Under the pieces are notes generated by a model. That model did no database searches. It was not told where the DNA came from and saw only the letters and a program-made list of their open reading frames with translations. From Desulfomonilia bacterium (lineage in GTDB: Bacteria; Desulfobacterota; Desulfomonilia; UBA1062): a DNA stretch of 64,000 bases. The position numbers and the translations under genes are program-made. The first letter of the stretch is position 1. Each line of letters opens with the position of its first letter. Positions 19,528-29,579 of this stretch are shown one piece after another. Location of the stretch: contig DATCTV010000002.1 in the NCBI GenBank assembly GCA_036567785.1, positions 23,038 through 87,037 on the forward strand, written 5' to 3'.

Positions 19528-19981
19528 CCTGACGCTCTTAGCAGTCATCTCGGTGATTTTCCAGATCATGGTATTCCCATGGATTTCATCAGATCTCAGG
19601 ATAGACCTGCTGTTATGCCTTGTAATATCCCTGTGCATATTCTGCCGGTTCCACTACGGTCTGGTCTTCGTGCTTATCATGTCATATGTGCTGCAGGCAT
19701 TCAGCGGCGCCAGGGCCGGATTTCTGCCGTTCTGTTACCTGGGTTCATTTATGCTGCTGGATATCATAAGAAACATCCTTTTTCTTGACAGCATAGCTGC
19801 ACAGATGGTTCTTTCTTTTGTACTTTGCATATTTATCAACTTGAGCGCTGTTCTTTTTTCGGACATGCTGATCTCTGATGTCAGATGGATTCCAGTTATC
19901 ACAGGTTCAATCCTGACGGCCTTCATCTGCCCATTTATCATAAAACTCAGCAGGCGTATTCTGGTGAACCATGAAAATTAG
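19499..19981 (+). CDS. mreD: Rod-shape-determining protein MreD (polytopic membrane protein)
   Basis: Sits between mreC and mrdA and is hydrophobic throughout. Likely TTG start at 19499, 10 nt after GAGGAGG; the start is uncertain. Confidence 0.6.
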   Translation: MEGFWKKSASLTLLAVISVIFQIMVFPWISSDLRIDLLLCLVISLCIFCRFHYGLVFVLIMSYVLQAFSGARAGFLPFCYLGSFMLLDIIRNILFLDSIAAQMVLSFVLCIFINLSAVLFSDMLISDVRWIPVITGSILTAFICPFIIKLSRRILVNHEN

Positions 19982-21785
19982 CTACTCAGGTTCATCTGTT
20001 GAAGAGGAGTTCAGGAAAAAATCGAGAATCCTGATTGTCGTTATCGGACTTCTCTTTGCAGCCATCCTTCTGGGACTGTTCAACATGCAGATACTTAAAA
20101 GAAGGCAATATGAGGAACAGGCGGCAAACAACAGGCTTCGATTTATGGAGATAAGGGCTCCGAGGGGCAGGATCATGGACAGAAACAGGGTAATCCTTGC
20201 CGACAACAGGCCGTCATACAGCATTGTCGTGATTCCCGAAGACATTACAGATATCAAAACAATTGCACCGAATCTTGCAAAACTTCTGGGCAGCGACCCT
20301 AAGGAAATCGAGGATAAGTTTACCAAGGCCCTCTCAAAACCATTCGAGGCAGCCTATATTGCCAGAGATATCCCTTTTGAAAAAATGGCCAGAGTGGAAA
20401 TGGAGCTTGTCAACCTCCCCGGTATATCGATAGAGGCCGAGAGCGAGCGTGACTATGTATACAGCGATCTGCTTTCACATACTCTAGGTTACCTCGGAGA
20501 GATATCCGACAAAGAGCTGAAAGACCCGGATAAGGCGAATTACAGAAAAGGCGATCTTGTCGGCAGGTCTGGCGTTGAAGCAGCATGTGAGAAAGATTTA
20601 AGAGGAATCAAAGGACAGATAGCCTTCGAGGTTGACGCAAAGGGCAGAAAGTTGAGGATTGTAAGAGAACGCCCCCCTCAAAAGGGAAAGGACATCGTCC
20701 TCACAATAGATTCAAGACTTCAGGCCAAGGCCCGGGATGCACTCGGAGACAAGACCGGTGCCGTTGTCGTTATGGTCCCGTCAACCGGAGAAATTCTTGC
20801 GATGGCAAGTTCTCCAAGCTTCGACCCTGCAATATTTCTTACCCCGATGACCTCGGCCATGTGGAAGGAAGTGGTTGACAATCCGAAACACCCCCTTGAA
20901 AACAGGGCATTAAGGGGACAGTATGCACCGGGCTCGATATTCAAGGTTCTCATCTCCTTTGCAGGTCTGAAAGAAGGGGTGATAAAACCGGAGCAGACAG
21001 TTTTTTGCAGCGGAAAATTCAGTCTGGGAAACAGGGATTTCATGTGCTGGAAAAAGACAGGGCACGGCAATGTAAACTTTCTGAAAGGCCTGGGCGAATC
21101 ATGTGACATATATTTTTATACCAAAGGCCTTGAACTCGGGATCGACAGGATCGCCCGGTATGCAATCGACATGGGATTCGGCAGAAAGACTGGGATAGAA
21201 TTGAATGATACGACCGGAATTATCCCTTCAAGGGAATGGAAAATGAAACGGTTTCACAAGGGATGGCTCCACGGGGAGACCGTTAACGCCTCGATAGGTC
21301 AGGGTTATGTCATGGTCACGCCGATCCAGGTCGCAAAGGTCATGAGCGCCGTCGTAAACGGCGGCAGGGTTATGGTGCCGCACATACTTACCTCCACACC
21401 CCAGAAAGTCGAGATGCTTCTGAACCTTCCGGATTCACAGCTCAATATAATCAAAAACGCACTCAAGCATGTCGTGGAGGGTGACAGGGGCACAGCGAAG
21501 GTACTTCAGGACCCCATGTTTTCAATAGGAGGAAAAACGGGTTCGGCTCAGGTGGCAAAGGTAATCAGGTCAAAGAGAGGAGATGAATCGGACATACCAT
21601 ATAAGATGAGAGACCATGCATGGTTCTTCGGAGTCTCCCCTGTGAATACACCGGAAATTGTTGTCGTCGCCATAGTGGAGCACGGAGGGCACGGCGGAAG
21701 TGTCGCCGCTCCGATTGTAGGAGAGATAATAAAGGAATATTACTTCCTGAAGGGATACAAAAGTGGGCAGGGTCTCGGATCTTAA
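19971..21785 (+). CDS. mrdA: Penicillin-binding protein 2 (peptidoglycan D,D-transpeptidase MrdA)
   Basis: N-terminal TM anchor, PBP dimerisation domain and transpeptidase motifs (SxxK context 'GSIFK', 'SCD'?, 'KTGSAQ' = KTG). Conserved mreBCD-mrdA-rodA order. Confidence 0.85.
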   Translation: MKISYSGSSVEEEFRKKSRILIVVIGLLFAAILLGLFNMQILKRRQYEEQAANNRLRFMEIRAPRGRIMDRNRVILADNRPSYSIVVIPEDITDIKTIAPNLAKLLGSDPKEIEDKFTKALSKPFEAAYIARDIPFEKMARVEMELVNLPGISIEAESERDYVYSDLLSHTLGYLGEISDKELKDPDKANYRKGDLVGRSGVEAACEKDLRGIKGQIAFEVDAKGRKLRIVRERPPQKGKDIVLTIDSRLQAKARDALGDKTGAVVVMVPSTGEILAMASSPSFDPAIFLTPMTSAMWKEVVDNPKHPLENRALRGQYAPGSIFKVLISFAGLKEGVIKPEQTVFCSGKFSLGNRDFMCWKKTGHGNVNFLKGLGESCDIYFYTKGLELGIDRIARYAIDMGFGRKTGIELNDTTGIIPSREWKMKRFHKGWLHGETVNASIGQGYVMVTPIQVAKVMSAVVNGGRVMVPHILTSTPQKVEMLLNLPDSQLNIIKNALKHVVEGDRGTAKVLQDPMFSIGGKTGSAQVAKVIRSKRGDESDIPYKMRDHAWFFGVSPVNTPEIVVVAIVEHGGHGGSVAAPIVGEIIKEYYFLKGYKSGQGLGS

Positions 21786-22857
21786 GGAAAATATAGACTG
21801 GGGGCTGCTTGCTATCCTGGCCGCACTGCTTATCTGCGGACTGGTTACACTGTTCAGCGCAACTCATCTCACACACGACACAACATTCATCAGGCAACTT
21901 ATCTGGACCGGTGGCGGACTGACAGCCATGGTACTGATAATGCTGTTCATAGACTATCGCTGGCTTCTTAAACTTGCCTGGCCATTATACATAATCATCG
22001 TGATACTGCTTGTTGCAGTGTTCGGTGCGGGCAAAGAGGTTATGGGAGCCAGACGATGGATACCTCTGGGCTTCTTCAACATGCAGCCTTCGGAACTTGC
22101 AAAGATCATGGTTATAATATGGGTCAGCTACTGGGGATCAAAAAAAGACAGCACTGTCGATTATGATTTCAGAGACCTCATCCCCCCCCTTCTTGTTCTC
22201 ATTTTGCCCATCATGCTCATACTCCTTGAACCTGATCTAGGGACCGCCTGCCTCACCGGTCTCATCTGTGCAGGCATGTTTCTGATGCTTGGCATAAGAA
22301 AATCCACACTTATCAAAACAGGTGCCGTATTGATCTGCATAATGCCCCTTTCATGGTTTCTACTGAAGGAGTATCAGCGGCAGAGAATCCTCACCTTTCT
22401 CGACCCTGAACTGGACCCTCTAGGCAAAGGCTATCATGCGATACAATCCAAGATCGCTGTCGGTTCGGGCGGGTTATACGGCAAAGGTTTTCTTCACGGA
22501 ACACAGACACAGCTTAAATTCCTGCCCGAGCATCACACCGATTTCATTTTCTCCGTAATCGCAGAAGAATGGGGTTTTGCAGGCTGCACCCTCATCATTG
22601 TCCTTTATTTCCTTCTTGCCGCTCAGATAATAACAACCGGCCTCAAGACAAAAGACCGGTTCGGCGCTTTGCTCTGTTTCGGAATAGCGCTTTTTATAAG
22701 CCTTCATGCCTTCATAAACATCGCCATGACCATGGGCATGTTCCCTGTCGTAGGAGTTCCCCTTCCCTTCATAAGCTATGGCGGTTCATTCATGTTCATC
22801 AACCTGTGCTGCATCGGCATCGTTCTGAGCGTCTCATGGAGAAAATCGATGTTCTGA
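21763..22857 (+). CDS. rodA: Peptidoglycan glycosyltransferase RodA (FtsW/RodA/SpoVE family)
   Basis: GTG at 21763 overlaps the mrdA end. Ten-TM protein with 'GSGGLYGKGF' and 'PEHHTDFIFSVIAEEWGF' SEDS-family motifs. Confidence 0.85.
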   Translation: MGRVSDLKENIDWGLLAILAALLICGLVTLFSATHLTHDTTFIRQLIWTGGGLTAMVLIMLFIDYRWLLKLAWPLYIIIVILLVAVFGAGKEVMGARRWIPLGFFNMQPSELAKIMVIIWVSYWGSKKDSTVDYDFRDLIPPLLVLILPIMLILLEPDLGTACLTGLICAGMFLMLGIRKSTLIKTGAVLICIMPLSWFLLKEYQRQRILTFLDPELDPLGKGYHAIQSKIAVGSGGLYGKGFLHGTQTQLKFLPEHHTDFIFSVIAEEWGFAGCTLIIVLYFLLAAQIITTGLKTKDRFGALLCFGIALFISLHAFINIAMTMGMFPVVGVPLPFISYGGSFMFINLCCIGIVLSVSWRKSMF

Positions 22858-22866
22858 ACCTTTCAT

Positions 22867-25800
22867 TCAGGCTGCGGTAACATCCCCCCTGTTTTTAACC
22901 TGTCTGGCATGATCGGTCGCAAGCACAAGATACATGGACGGCACCACGAAAAGGGTGAACAGTGTCCCAACTGAAAGCCCCGTCGCAATAACAAGCCCCA
23001 TGTTATACCGGCTTTCAGCACCCGCTCCATCCGCAAGCAGCAGTGGTATGACTCCCAGCACCATGGCCGCCGTTGTCATGAGGATAGGCCTCAAGCGAAT
23101 TCCGGCAGCCATTTCTATGGCTTCTCGCTTCGAATGGCCCTGCTTTTGAAGGTTGTTGGCAAATTCGACAATTAATATGCCGTGTTTGCTGATCAGGCCT
23201 ATCAGAGTGACAAGTCCGACTTCGGTATAGATGTTGAGGCTTGCACCGCCCACTCCGAGGTTGATGAAAATCATGGCCCCGCATATGGACATGGGCACGG
23301 TGATGAGTATGATGACGGGATCTCTGAAACTCTCGAACTGTGCGGAAAGCGCAAGGAAAATGATTATGAGCGCAAAAAAGAACGTGACTGCCAGCGCGCT
23401 GGATTCCTGAACGAACTGCCTGCAGGGACCGGAATAGTCAACGGCATAGGACTGAGGCAGAAGTTTGTCTGATAGGCCCTTGAGATATTTAAGTGCTTCG
23501 CCCTGTGTCACGCCTGGAAGAGTAACTCCTGAAATTGTAGCGGCATTCTGCTGCTGGAAGTGATTTAGCGCCTCGGGAACGGTATTTGTCTCAAGGCTGA
23601 CAACTGTCGAGAGAGGGACGCTTCCGCCTTTGCCGGTTTCTATATAGTAGTTGTTCAGCTGGTCCGAGTTGAGGCGGTATCTCTGCTGGATTTGCGGTAT
23701 GACCTTGTATGAACGGCCTTCCATGGAAAAATAGTTTACATATCCGCCGCCAAGCAATGCCGAAAGCGCATATCCGATATCCTTCATGGAGAGCCCCAGC
23801 TGGGAGGCCATATCCCTGTCGATGATAACACTGGTCTGGGGAAGGTCGTATTTAAGGTCATTATCGAGGAACATGAACATTCCGCTTGCCTGGGCCTCTT
23901 TCATGAAATTGTTTGAAATTTCTTCGAGACGTTCAAACGGATCGGTTGTCTTTATCACGAACTGTATCGGCATTCCCCTGCTGCCTGGGAGTGCGGGGGG
24001 AATAAATGCAACCGCCTTCACTCCCGCTATCTTATCAAGTTCATTCTGAATTACGGGTAGAAGCTGCATTGATGTCTTATTTCTTTCATCCCAGGGTTTG
24101 AGCACCATGCCCGTAAAAGACATTCCGGGCATATCCGCCTGAAACAACCTGTCAAATTCATCATGTTTCTGAAGGTCCTTGAATATCGCCTCAGCATAAA
24201 GAGTTCTCTGGTTTATAGTGGCGTCCGGTGAAGGTGTTGAAATAGCCATGAAGAAGCCCTGGTCTTCCGTGGGTGCAAGTTCCGACTTTGATGTCATGAC
24301 AAGGAAATACAGGCTCCCGATAATGATAACTGCGAACACAAGAACGACCGGTATGTAATTTAGTGATGAGTTCAGAAGGTGTTCATACTTTTTTCTGAGC
24401 GACTCGAACTTCGAATCCAGATAACGGACAAACCTGTCCTGAATGCCGTTTCTAGTGGCGTCGTGGGGCTTGAGCATCCTTGAACACATCATGGGAGACA
24501 GCGTAAGAGCGATAATGCCGGATATGGTGACCGCACCTACAAGCGTGAATGCGAATTCCGTGAAAAGCGCTCCTGTAAGGCCGCCCATGAAACCAACCGG
24601 TATGTAAACCGCAATGAGAACGACCGTCATGACGATGATGGGGTTTGCAAGTTCCCGAGCAGCCTGTATCGCTGCATCGAAGGGTTTCATGCCCTGTTCC
24701 AGGTGTCTGTCGACATTTTCGACAATGATGATTGCATCGTCCACAACAAGACCGATTCCCAGGACAAGTGCGAGGAGGGTCAGTAGATTTATCGAGAATC
24801 CGAGGATAAGCATCAGGGTGAAAGCGCCAATAAGTGAAAGAGGAATCGTGACAGTCGGTATCAGGACCGTCCTGAACGATCCCAGGAACAGGAACACGAC
24901 AATGGTCACAATGATCAGGGCCTCGATCAGTGACTTGATAACCTCGTTTATGGAACTGTTAATGTATACAGTAGCATCATATGCAATCTGAGCCTTAAGC
25001 CCTTCGGGAAGCTGGGTCTGTATATCGGGAAAGACCTTTTTGACCCTTCCGATGACCTGGAGAAGATTGGCCGTAGGAGCAATCTTTATTCCCAGGAAAA
25101 CACCCTTCTCTCCGTTCAGGGTCACGGCCGATTCATAATCCTCTGCTCCAAGGGTAACCTTGCCGACATCCGAAAGCCTGACCACCGCCCCGTTCTGCTC
25201 CTTGACGATCATGTTCCTGAATTCTTCAAGAGATTTGAGATTAGTCGTGGCCGTAAGATCAACCTGGACCATTAGACCCTTGGTCTGTCCTATGGCTGAA
25301 AGATAGTCATTGGCGCCAAGGACATTCCACACATCGGTGGGGGTGAGAGAGTATGCTGCGAGCTTCTCGGGATCAAGCCAGATTCTCATCGCAAAAGATT
25401 TGCCTCCCATGATCTCGACTGTTTGAACGCCTTCGACAGCCTGCAGCTGAGGCTGAACGACCCTTATCAGATAGTCGGTTATCTTGTTGAGCGGCATGGT
25501 CTTGCTGGAAAAGGTGATTATCATGGAATCGATCGTTTCACCGACGGCGATCTCGATTACAGGGCGCTGTGCGTCCTGTGGAAGCTGGTTCATGACCGCA
25601 TTGACCTTGGTATTGATCTCGGTAAGGACTTTTCCCGAATCGGAATTGAGCCTTAAATTCGCAGTTATTACGCTTGTGCTCTGTCTGCTTTCTGATGTCA
25701 TGTAGTCTATACCGTTCGCCTGGGCAATGGAGTTTTCAAGCGGTGTGGTGATGAAACCGGCCACAAGTTCGGGATCAGCCCCGGTGTAAACAGTCGTTAC

Positions 25801-25962
25801 CGTCACCACAGCATTTTCGGTTCTGGGAAACTGCAGTACGGGCAGCATGTTTATTGAGCGCAGACCGAGTACAAGAATAAAAAGACTTATGACTATAGCC
25901 AGAACAGGGCGGCGTATGAATATGTCTGTAAATTTCATCAGAGTCTGCCCGTTATTCGTCAA
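22867..25962 (-). CDS. RND efflux permease (AcrB/MdtB/HAE1 family)
   Basis: 1031 aa, 12-TM architecture with two large periplasmic loops. The N-terminal 'FIRRPVLAIVISLFILVLG' is the classic AcrB start. Confidence 0.9.
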   Translation of the reverse strand: MTNNGQTLMKFTDIFIRRPVLAIVISLFILVLGLRSINMLPVLQFPRTENAVVTVTTVYTGADPELVAGFITTPLENSIAQANGIDYMTSESRQSTSVITANLRLNSDSGKVLTEINTKVNAVMNQLPQDAQRPVIEIAVGETIDSMIITFSSKTMPLNKITDYLIRVVQPQLQAVEGVQTVEIMGGKSFAMRIWLDPEKLAAYSLTPTDVWNVLGANDYLSAIGQTKGLMVQVDLTATTNLKSLEEFRNMIVKEQNGAVVRLSDVGKVTLGAEDYESAVTLNGEKGVFLGIKIAPTANLLQVIGRVKKVFPDIQTQLPEGLKAQIAYDATVYINSSINEVIKSLIEALIIVTIVVFLFLGSFRTVLIPTVTIPLSLIGAFTLMLILGFSINLLTLLALVLGIGLVVDDAIIIVENVDRHLEQGMKPFDAAIQAARELANPIIVMTVVLIAVYIPVGFMGGLTGALFTEFAFTLVGAVTISGIIALTLSPMMCSRMLKPHDATRNGIQDRFVRYLDSKFESLRKKYEHLLNSSLNYIPVVLVFAVIIIGSLYFLVMTSKSELAPTEDQGFFMAISTPSPDATINQRTLYAEAIFKDLQKHDEFDRLFQADMPGMSFTGMVLKPWDERNKTSMQLLPVIQNELDKIAGVKAVAFIPPALPGSRGMPIQFVIKTTDPFERLEEISNNFMKEAQASGMFMFLDNDLKYDLPQTSVIIDRDMASQLGLSMKDIGYALSALLGGGYVNYFSMEGRSYKVIPQIQQRYRLNSDQLNNYYIETGKGGSVPLSTVVSLETNTVPEALNHFQQQNAATISGVTLPGVTQGEALKYLKGLSDKLLPQSYAVDYSGPCRQFVQESSALAVTFFFALIIIFLALSAQFESFRDPVIILITVPMSICGAMIFINLGVGGASLNIYTEVGLVTLIGLISKHGILIVEFANNLQKQGHSKREAIEMAAGIRLRPILMTTAAMVLGVIPLLLADGAGAESRYNMGLVIATGLSVGTLFTLFVVPSMYLVLATDHARQVKNRGDVTAA

Positions 25963-27079
25963 CCGGCTCCGGAGATGCCTGGTTCGAAATCGTTACGGCG
26001 TTGTTGATCTCCACCGGAGTGTTGTTTTTCAGCTTGTTCTGCCCAGATGTAACCACCGTATCTCCTTTTTTTACACCATCAAGTATCGCCACCTGATCGC
26101 CTCTCTTATCGCCTGCATCTATAAAGCTTTGTTTTACCATCAGCTGCGGGTTGCCATTAGCATCCTTGCCCTGAATGACTATATAAACATAATCTCCATA
26201 GGGGTTATATGTTATCGCGGTCTGTGGAATCGTGATCAGATTCTGTTTCGTTCCGATCTCCACGCTTGCAGTAGCGAACATTCCGGGCAGAAGCTTCTTC
26301 TCCGGATTTCTGATTCTCGCCCTTACCGGAACATTCCTTGTACTTTCATCCACCTTCGGGTTTATTGATGAGACCTCACCTGCAAATGTTTCTTCAGGGA
26401 ATGCGTCCACCTTCACGCTTATTTTCTGTCCGACCTTGAGTTTGCTTATGCTTTTCTGAGGAAGAAAAAAGTCTATGAATATAGGGTCAAGGGCCTGGAG
26501 CGTTACAACCTTCTGCCCGGGACTTATATATTGACCAAGATTGATTGCCCTGATGCCAAGCCTGCCGTCGAAAGGTGCCCTCAGAAATTTCTTTTCAACC
26601 ATGGCCTTCTGCTCTGCGACCTGAGACTGCGCGCTTTTCAGGCTGGCCGTATCCGCATCGATAGTAGCCTGACTCACGGCCTGGACCTTGAACTGCTCCC
26701 TGTCCCGTGTAAGTGTCTTTCTTGCAAGGTCTTCCATGGCCTTTAAAGATTCAAGTCTTGCAATATCCGCATCCGCATTCAATTCGACAAGCAGTTCTCC
26801 TTTTTTCACGTCCCGTCCCGATTTGAAATATATCTCTTTTACAATGCCGTTAACTTCAGGGGCGATATCGGCCCCGAGCACTGCAGTAAGCGTTCCGACT
26901 GCAATGAAATGGGGCTGCCATTCCATGAAATCCGCCTTATAGGTTGACACGGTCTGCTTCTGCTGCCCCTGGCCGGCCATGTATTTTTTGATCATTCTGG
27001 ACTTGAATGCCTGATAGCCGAATATCCCGCCGAAAAGGACGGCAAGACATATTATCATAATGATCATGCGTTTTTTCAT
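25952..27079 (-). CDS. RND efflux periplasmic adaptor (membrane fusion protein, HlyD/AcrA-like)
   Basis: Signal/TM segment, coiled-coil hairpin, lipoyl and beta-barrel segments. Overlaps the pump gene by 11 nt. Confidence 0.85.
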   Translation of the reverse strand: MKKRMIIMIICLAVLFGGIFGYQAFKSRMIKKYMAGQGQQKQTVSTYKADFMEWQPHFIAVGTLTAVLGADIAPEVNGIVKEIYFKSGRDVKKGELLVELNADADIARLESLKAMEDLARKTLTRDREQFKVQAVSQATIDADTASLKSAQSQVAEQKAMVEKKFLRAPFDGRLGIRAINLGQYISPGQKVVTLQALDPIFIDFFLPQKSISKLKVGQKISVKVDAFPEETFAGEVSSINPKVDESTRNVPVRARIRNPEKKLLPGMFATASVEIGTKQNLITIPQTAITYNPYGDYVYIVIQGKDANGNPQLMVKQSFIDAGDKRGDQVAILDGVKKGDTVVTSGQNKLKNNTPVEINNAVTISNQASPEPVDE

Positions 27080-28608
27080 TTCTGTTTCTCCTTGTATTTA
27101 ACTTCTTCCTTTGCCTTTGAATTGTCATGATTATTTACTCCGGTGCTGTCAGGCCCGGAGTTTTCGCGATTCCACCAGCCGCCTCCAAGAGACTGGAAAA
27201 GCGCGGCTGTATCAGCATACCTTCTGGCCTGCGCTTCGATCATGCTCATCTGTGCCTTGTTGTACCCGATTTGAGATATAAGAAGGCTTATGTAGTTCAC
27301 GGCACCGAGCTCGAACTGCTTTATTGTCAGGTCAAGGTTCTGTCTGGCTGCAAGTTCGGATTCCTGGTAATTTTTAAGCACCCTTGCATCCGTTTCCAGA
27401 GCCCTCAATGTATCCGCCACGTTTGAAAAAGCATTCAACACTGTCTGTTTGTAAAGTGATGACGCCTGATCATAGGCTGCAATCGCGCTTCTTCTTTGGG
27501 CAGTAAGCTGTCCTGCATGAAAGAGTGGCTGAAGCAGGTTTGCGCCCAGATTCCAGACCGTGCTCTGTCCTGCGAACAGAAGATCTGTCCCTATTGCCTG
27601 AGTGCCGTATCCCGCCCCGATTGTAATCTGCGGATAGAGGTTGGCGGTAGCAACACCCACACCTGCGCATGCCTGATGGAGCAATGCTTCGGAAGCCTGG
27701 ATGTCAGGCCGCTGCCTTACGAGAGATGAAGGGATCGAAACGGGCAGATCCACGGGCAACGTCAGCGACTCCAGAGTGAATGACGGGAGCTTGTTGTCTG
27801 TCGGAAACTGTCCGGTCAACACCGACAGGGCATGTCTTGTTACGCTGAGTTCCTTCTCAAGCTCCGGGAGGCTAGCCTTTGTTGCCGACAGTTCGCTCTG
27901 CTGCAACAAAACGGAAGCCTTTAGTCCTGCGCCTAAAATAAACTGGCTGTTTACCACATCAAGCTGCTTCTGTTCTGCGGCAATCATCTCTTTTGTAGAT
28001 TCTATCTGAGCCCTCAGCATGGCCTCGCGAATGGCTGTGGTTACTATGTTCGAGGTAAGCGTGAGATAGGCTGCCTCATACTGATAACGCTGATAGTCGA
28101 CTTTTGCCTGATAGGCTTCTATCTGCCGGCGGTTTGCGCCGAACAGGTCCAGCGTATATGTAACACCGACAGATGCATTGTAGAGCGTATACAGGCTTGC
28201 CTGTCCCATCCCGGTATTTCCCGAAGTCTGCTGGCGGTTTATGCCGAGCGTTCCGTCTATACCCGGATACAGGAGCCCCCCCTTTATCGCTTTCAGGTCC
28301 TCCTGTGCACCTTTCAATGCATATTCGGCTGCAGCCAGTGTGGGGTTGTCCCTGACGGCCCTTTCGATAAGGCCGTTCAGCTCATCCGAGTGAAACAGTG
28401 TCCACCACTGTGCGGGCAGGTCCTGAGCAAACCTGAAATTCTGAACCTGTCCCCCGGTTACCGGGGCACTCTCGGTTTTCTCAGGCACTTTCAAATCGGA
28501 ATAAGCCGGCGGCAGTTCTGTGCCGGGTGATTTGAAATCCGGTCCCACTGCACAGCCTGAAGCAGAAACAAGAAGAAGAAACATCAAACAACCCAGAATT
28601 TTTTTCAT
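27076..28608 (-). CDS. Outer-membrane efflux lipoprotein (TolC/NodT family)
   Basis: Lipobox 'LVSASGCAV', two-repeat coiled-coil/beta structure. Overlaps the MFP gene by 4 nt. Confidence 0.85.
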   Translation of the reverse strand: MKKILGCLMFLLLVSASGCAVGPDFKSPGTELPPAYSDLKVPEKTESAPVTGGQVQNFRFAQDLPAQWWTLFHSDELNGLIERAVRDNPTLAAAEYALKGAQEDLKAIKGGLLYPGIDGTLGINRQQTSGNTGMGQASLYTLYNASVGVTYTLDLFGANRRQIEAYQAKVDYQRYQYEAAYLTLTSNIVTTAIREAMLRAQIESTKEMIAAEQKQLDVVNSQFILGAGLKASVLLQQSELSATKASLPELEKELSVTRHALSVLTGQFPTDNKLPSFTLESLTLPVDLPVSIPSSLVRQRPDIQASEALLHQACAGVGVATANLYPQITIGAGYGTQAIGTDLLFAGQSTVWNLGANLLQPLFHAGQLTAQRRSAIAAYDQASSLYKQTVLNAFSNVADTLRALETDARVLKNYQESELAARQNLDLTIKQFELGAVNYISLLISQIGYNKAQMSMIEAQARRYADTAALFQSLGGGWWNRENSGPDSTGVNNHDNSKAKEEVKYKEKQK

Positions 28609-28623
28609 TATTTCATTCTCGCT

Positions 28624-29250
28624 TTATTCTTTATGTGAATTTTCATCTTTTGGTTCAAGTCCTCTCATAAGTGTTTGTATTACCCCTTTCAGTTCCATCT
28701 CAGCCTCATGCCTGTCAGGGTCGAGCCCGAGAAACCAGTCATTCATGCCGGAACGCAAGCTGTATGCAACCAATATCCTGGCGGCCATATCAGGGTTGAT
28801 ATCCCTGTTAACACGGCCCAGACGCTGTTCAGCCGATAGATATATGGCAATGCCCTCAATTTCTTTTTTCGGTCCTATATCCTTGAGTTTTATTATTTCA
28901 CGCATGCGTTCACGAATGCCATTGTCTGCAAAGGCCGAACTCGCCAGGGGCGCAATGCTGTACTGGACTTTGTATGTAATAATCATCATGTTTTCGAGAT
29001 TTTCGGCAACCGTATTCAACCCGATACTTGCCGGCAGCTTTTCGACGGCATCCCGAATATCATTAATATGCTGCTCGATAACCTCATGAATAAGTTCCGC
29101 CTTGTCTTTGAAATAATGGTAAATCAGTCCTTCTGCAACACCGGCCTCACGCGCTATCATGCGCGTTGTAAGCCTGGCCACTCCGTTTGATTCAAGGAGT
29201 TGCTCGGTAACATTAATAAGTTTCTGTTTGGTTGTAATCAATTTCTCCAT
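28624..29250 (-). CDS. TetR/AcrR-family transcriptional repressor (efflux operon regulator)
   Basis: The N-terminal HTH 'LLESNGVARLTTRMIAREAGVAEGLIYHYFKDK' is TetR-typical. It is the first gene of the minus-strand efflux operon. Confidence 0.8.
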   Translation of the reverse strand: MEKLITTKQKLINVTEQLLESNGVARLTTRMIAREAGVAEGLIYHYFKDKAELIHEVIEQHINDIRDAVEKLPASIGLNTVAENLENMMIITYKVQYSIAPLASSAFADNGIRERMREIIKLKDIGPKKEIEGIAIYLSAEQRLGRVNRDINPDMAARILVAYSLRSGMNDWFLGLDPDRHEAEMELKGVIQTLMRGLEPKDENSHKE

Positions 29251-29270
29251 ACAACAGCCCTAAATATATT

Positions 29271-29310
29271 ATTGAGCGATTGCTCAATATAATTAATCAA
29301 TCGCTCAATC
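29271..29310. promoter_or_regulatory. Putative TetR operator: imperfect palindrome plus extra half-site
   Basis: ATTGAGCGATTGCTCAAT (29271-29288, 16/18 palindromic). The half-site CAATCGCTCAAT recurs at 29298-29309. Lies 21-60 nt upstream of the minus-strand tetR start. Confidence 0.45.
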
Positions 29311-29442
29311 GAAGTCAACAATTTATTTTATTTTCAAAGTCTTTCGGCAGATAGCCTAAATAAATTAAATATTTAAAATTTATTTTTATCATAAAAAAAT
29401 GGATATTATTCAAATCAATACTATTCAGACTTATTTTCGTTC

Positions 29443-29495
29443 TTGACATACAGTATGCCAGACATAATAATATACAATAATGAAGTTTCATTATT
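29443..29495 (+). promoter_or_regulatory. Putative promoter and operator for the plus-strand TetR gene and the large operon
   Basis: TTGACA at 29443-29448, then 17 nt, then AATAAT at 29466-29471. Immediately followed by the perfect palindrome AATAATGAA-g-TTCATTATT (29476-29495). Confidence 0.4.
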
Positions 29496-29579
29496 TTATA
29501 TTGCAGTCTTTCATGAGCCGCATCTGAGACAGAGTCATTATCTTCAAAATAATTGAATTTCAGCGTTAAAGGAGATTCC

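Noticed and set aside
22858-22866. 9-bp gap between convergent rodA and RND-pump stop codons, with no terminator
   Set aside because: Too short to hold any element. It probably reflects read-through or termination inside the opposing gene. Noted but not informative.
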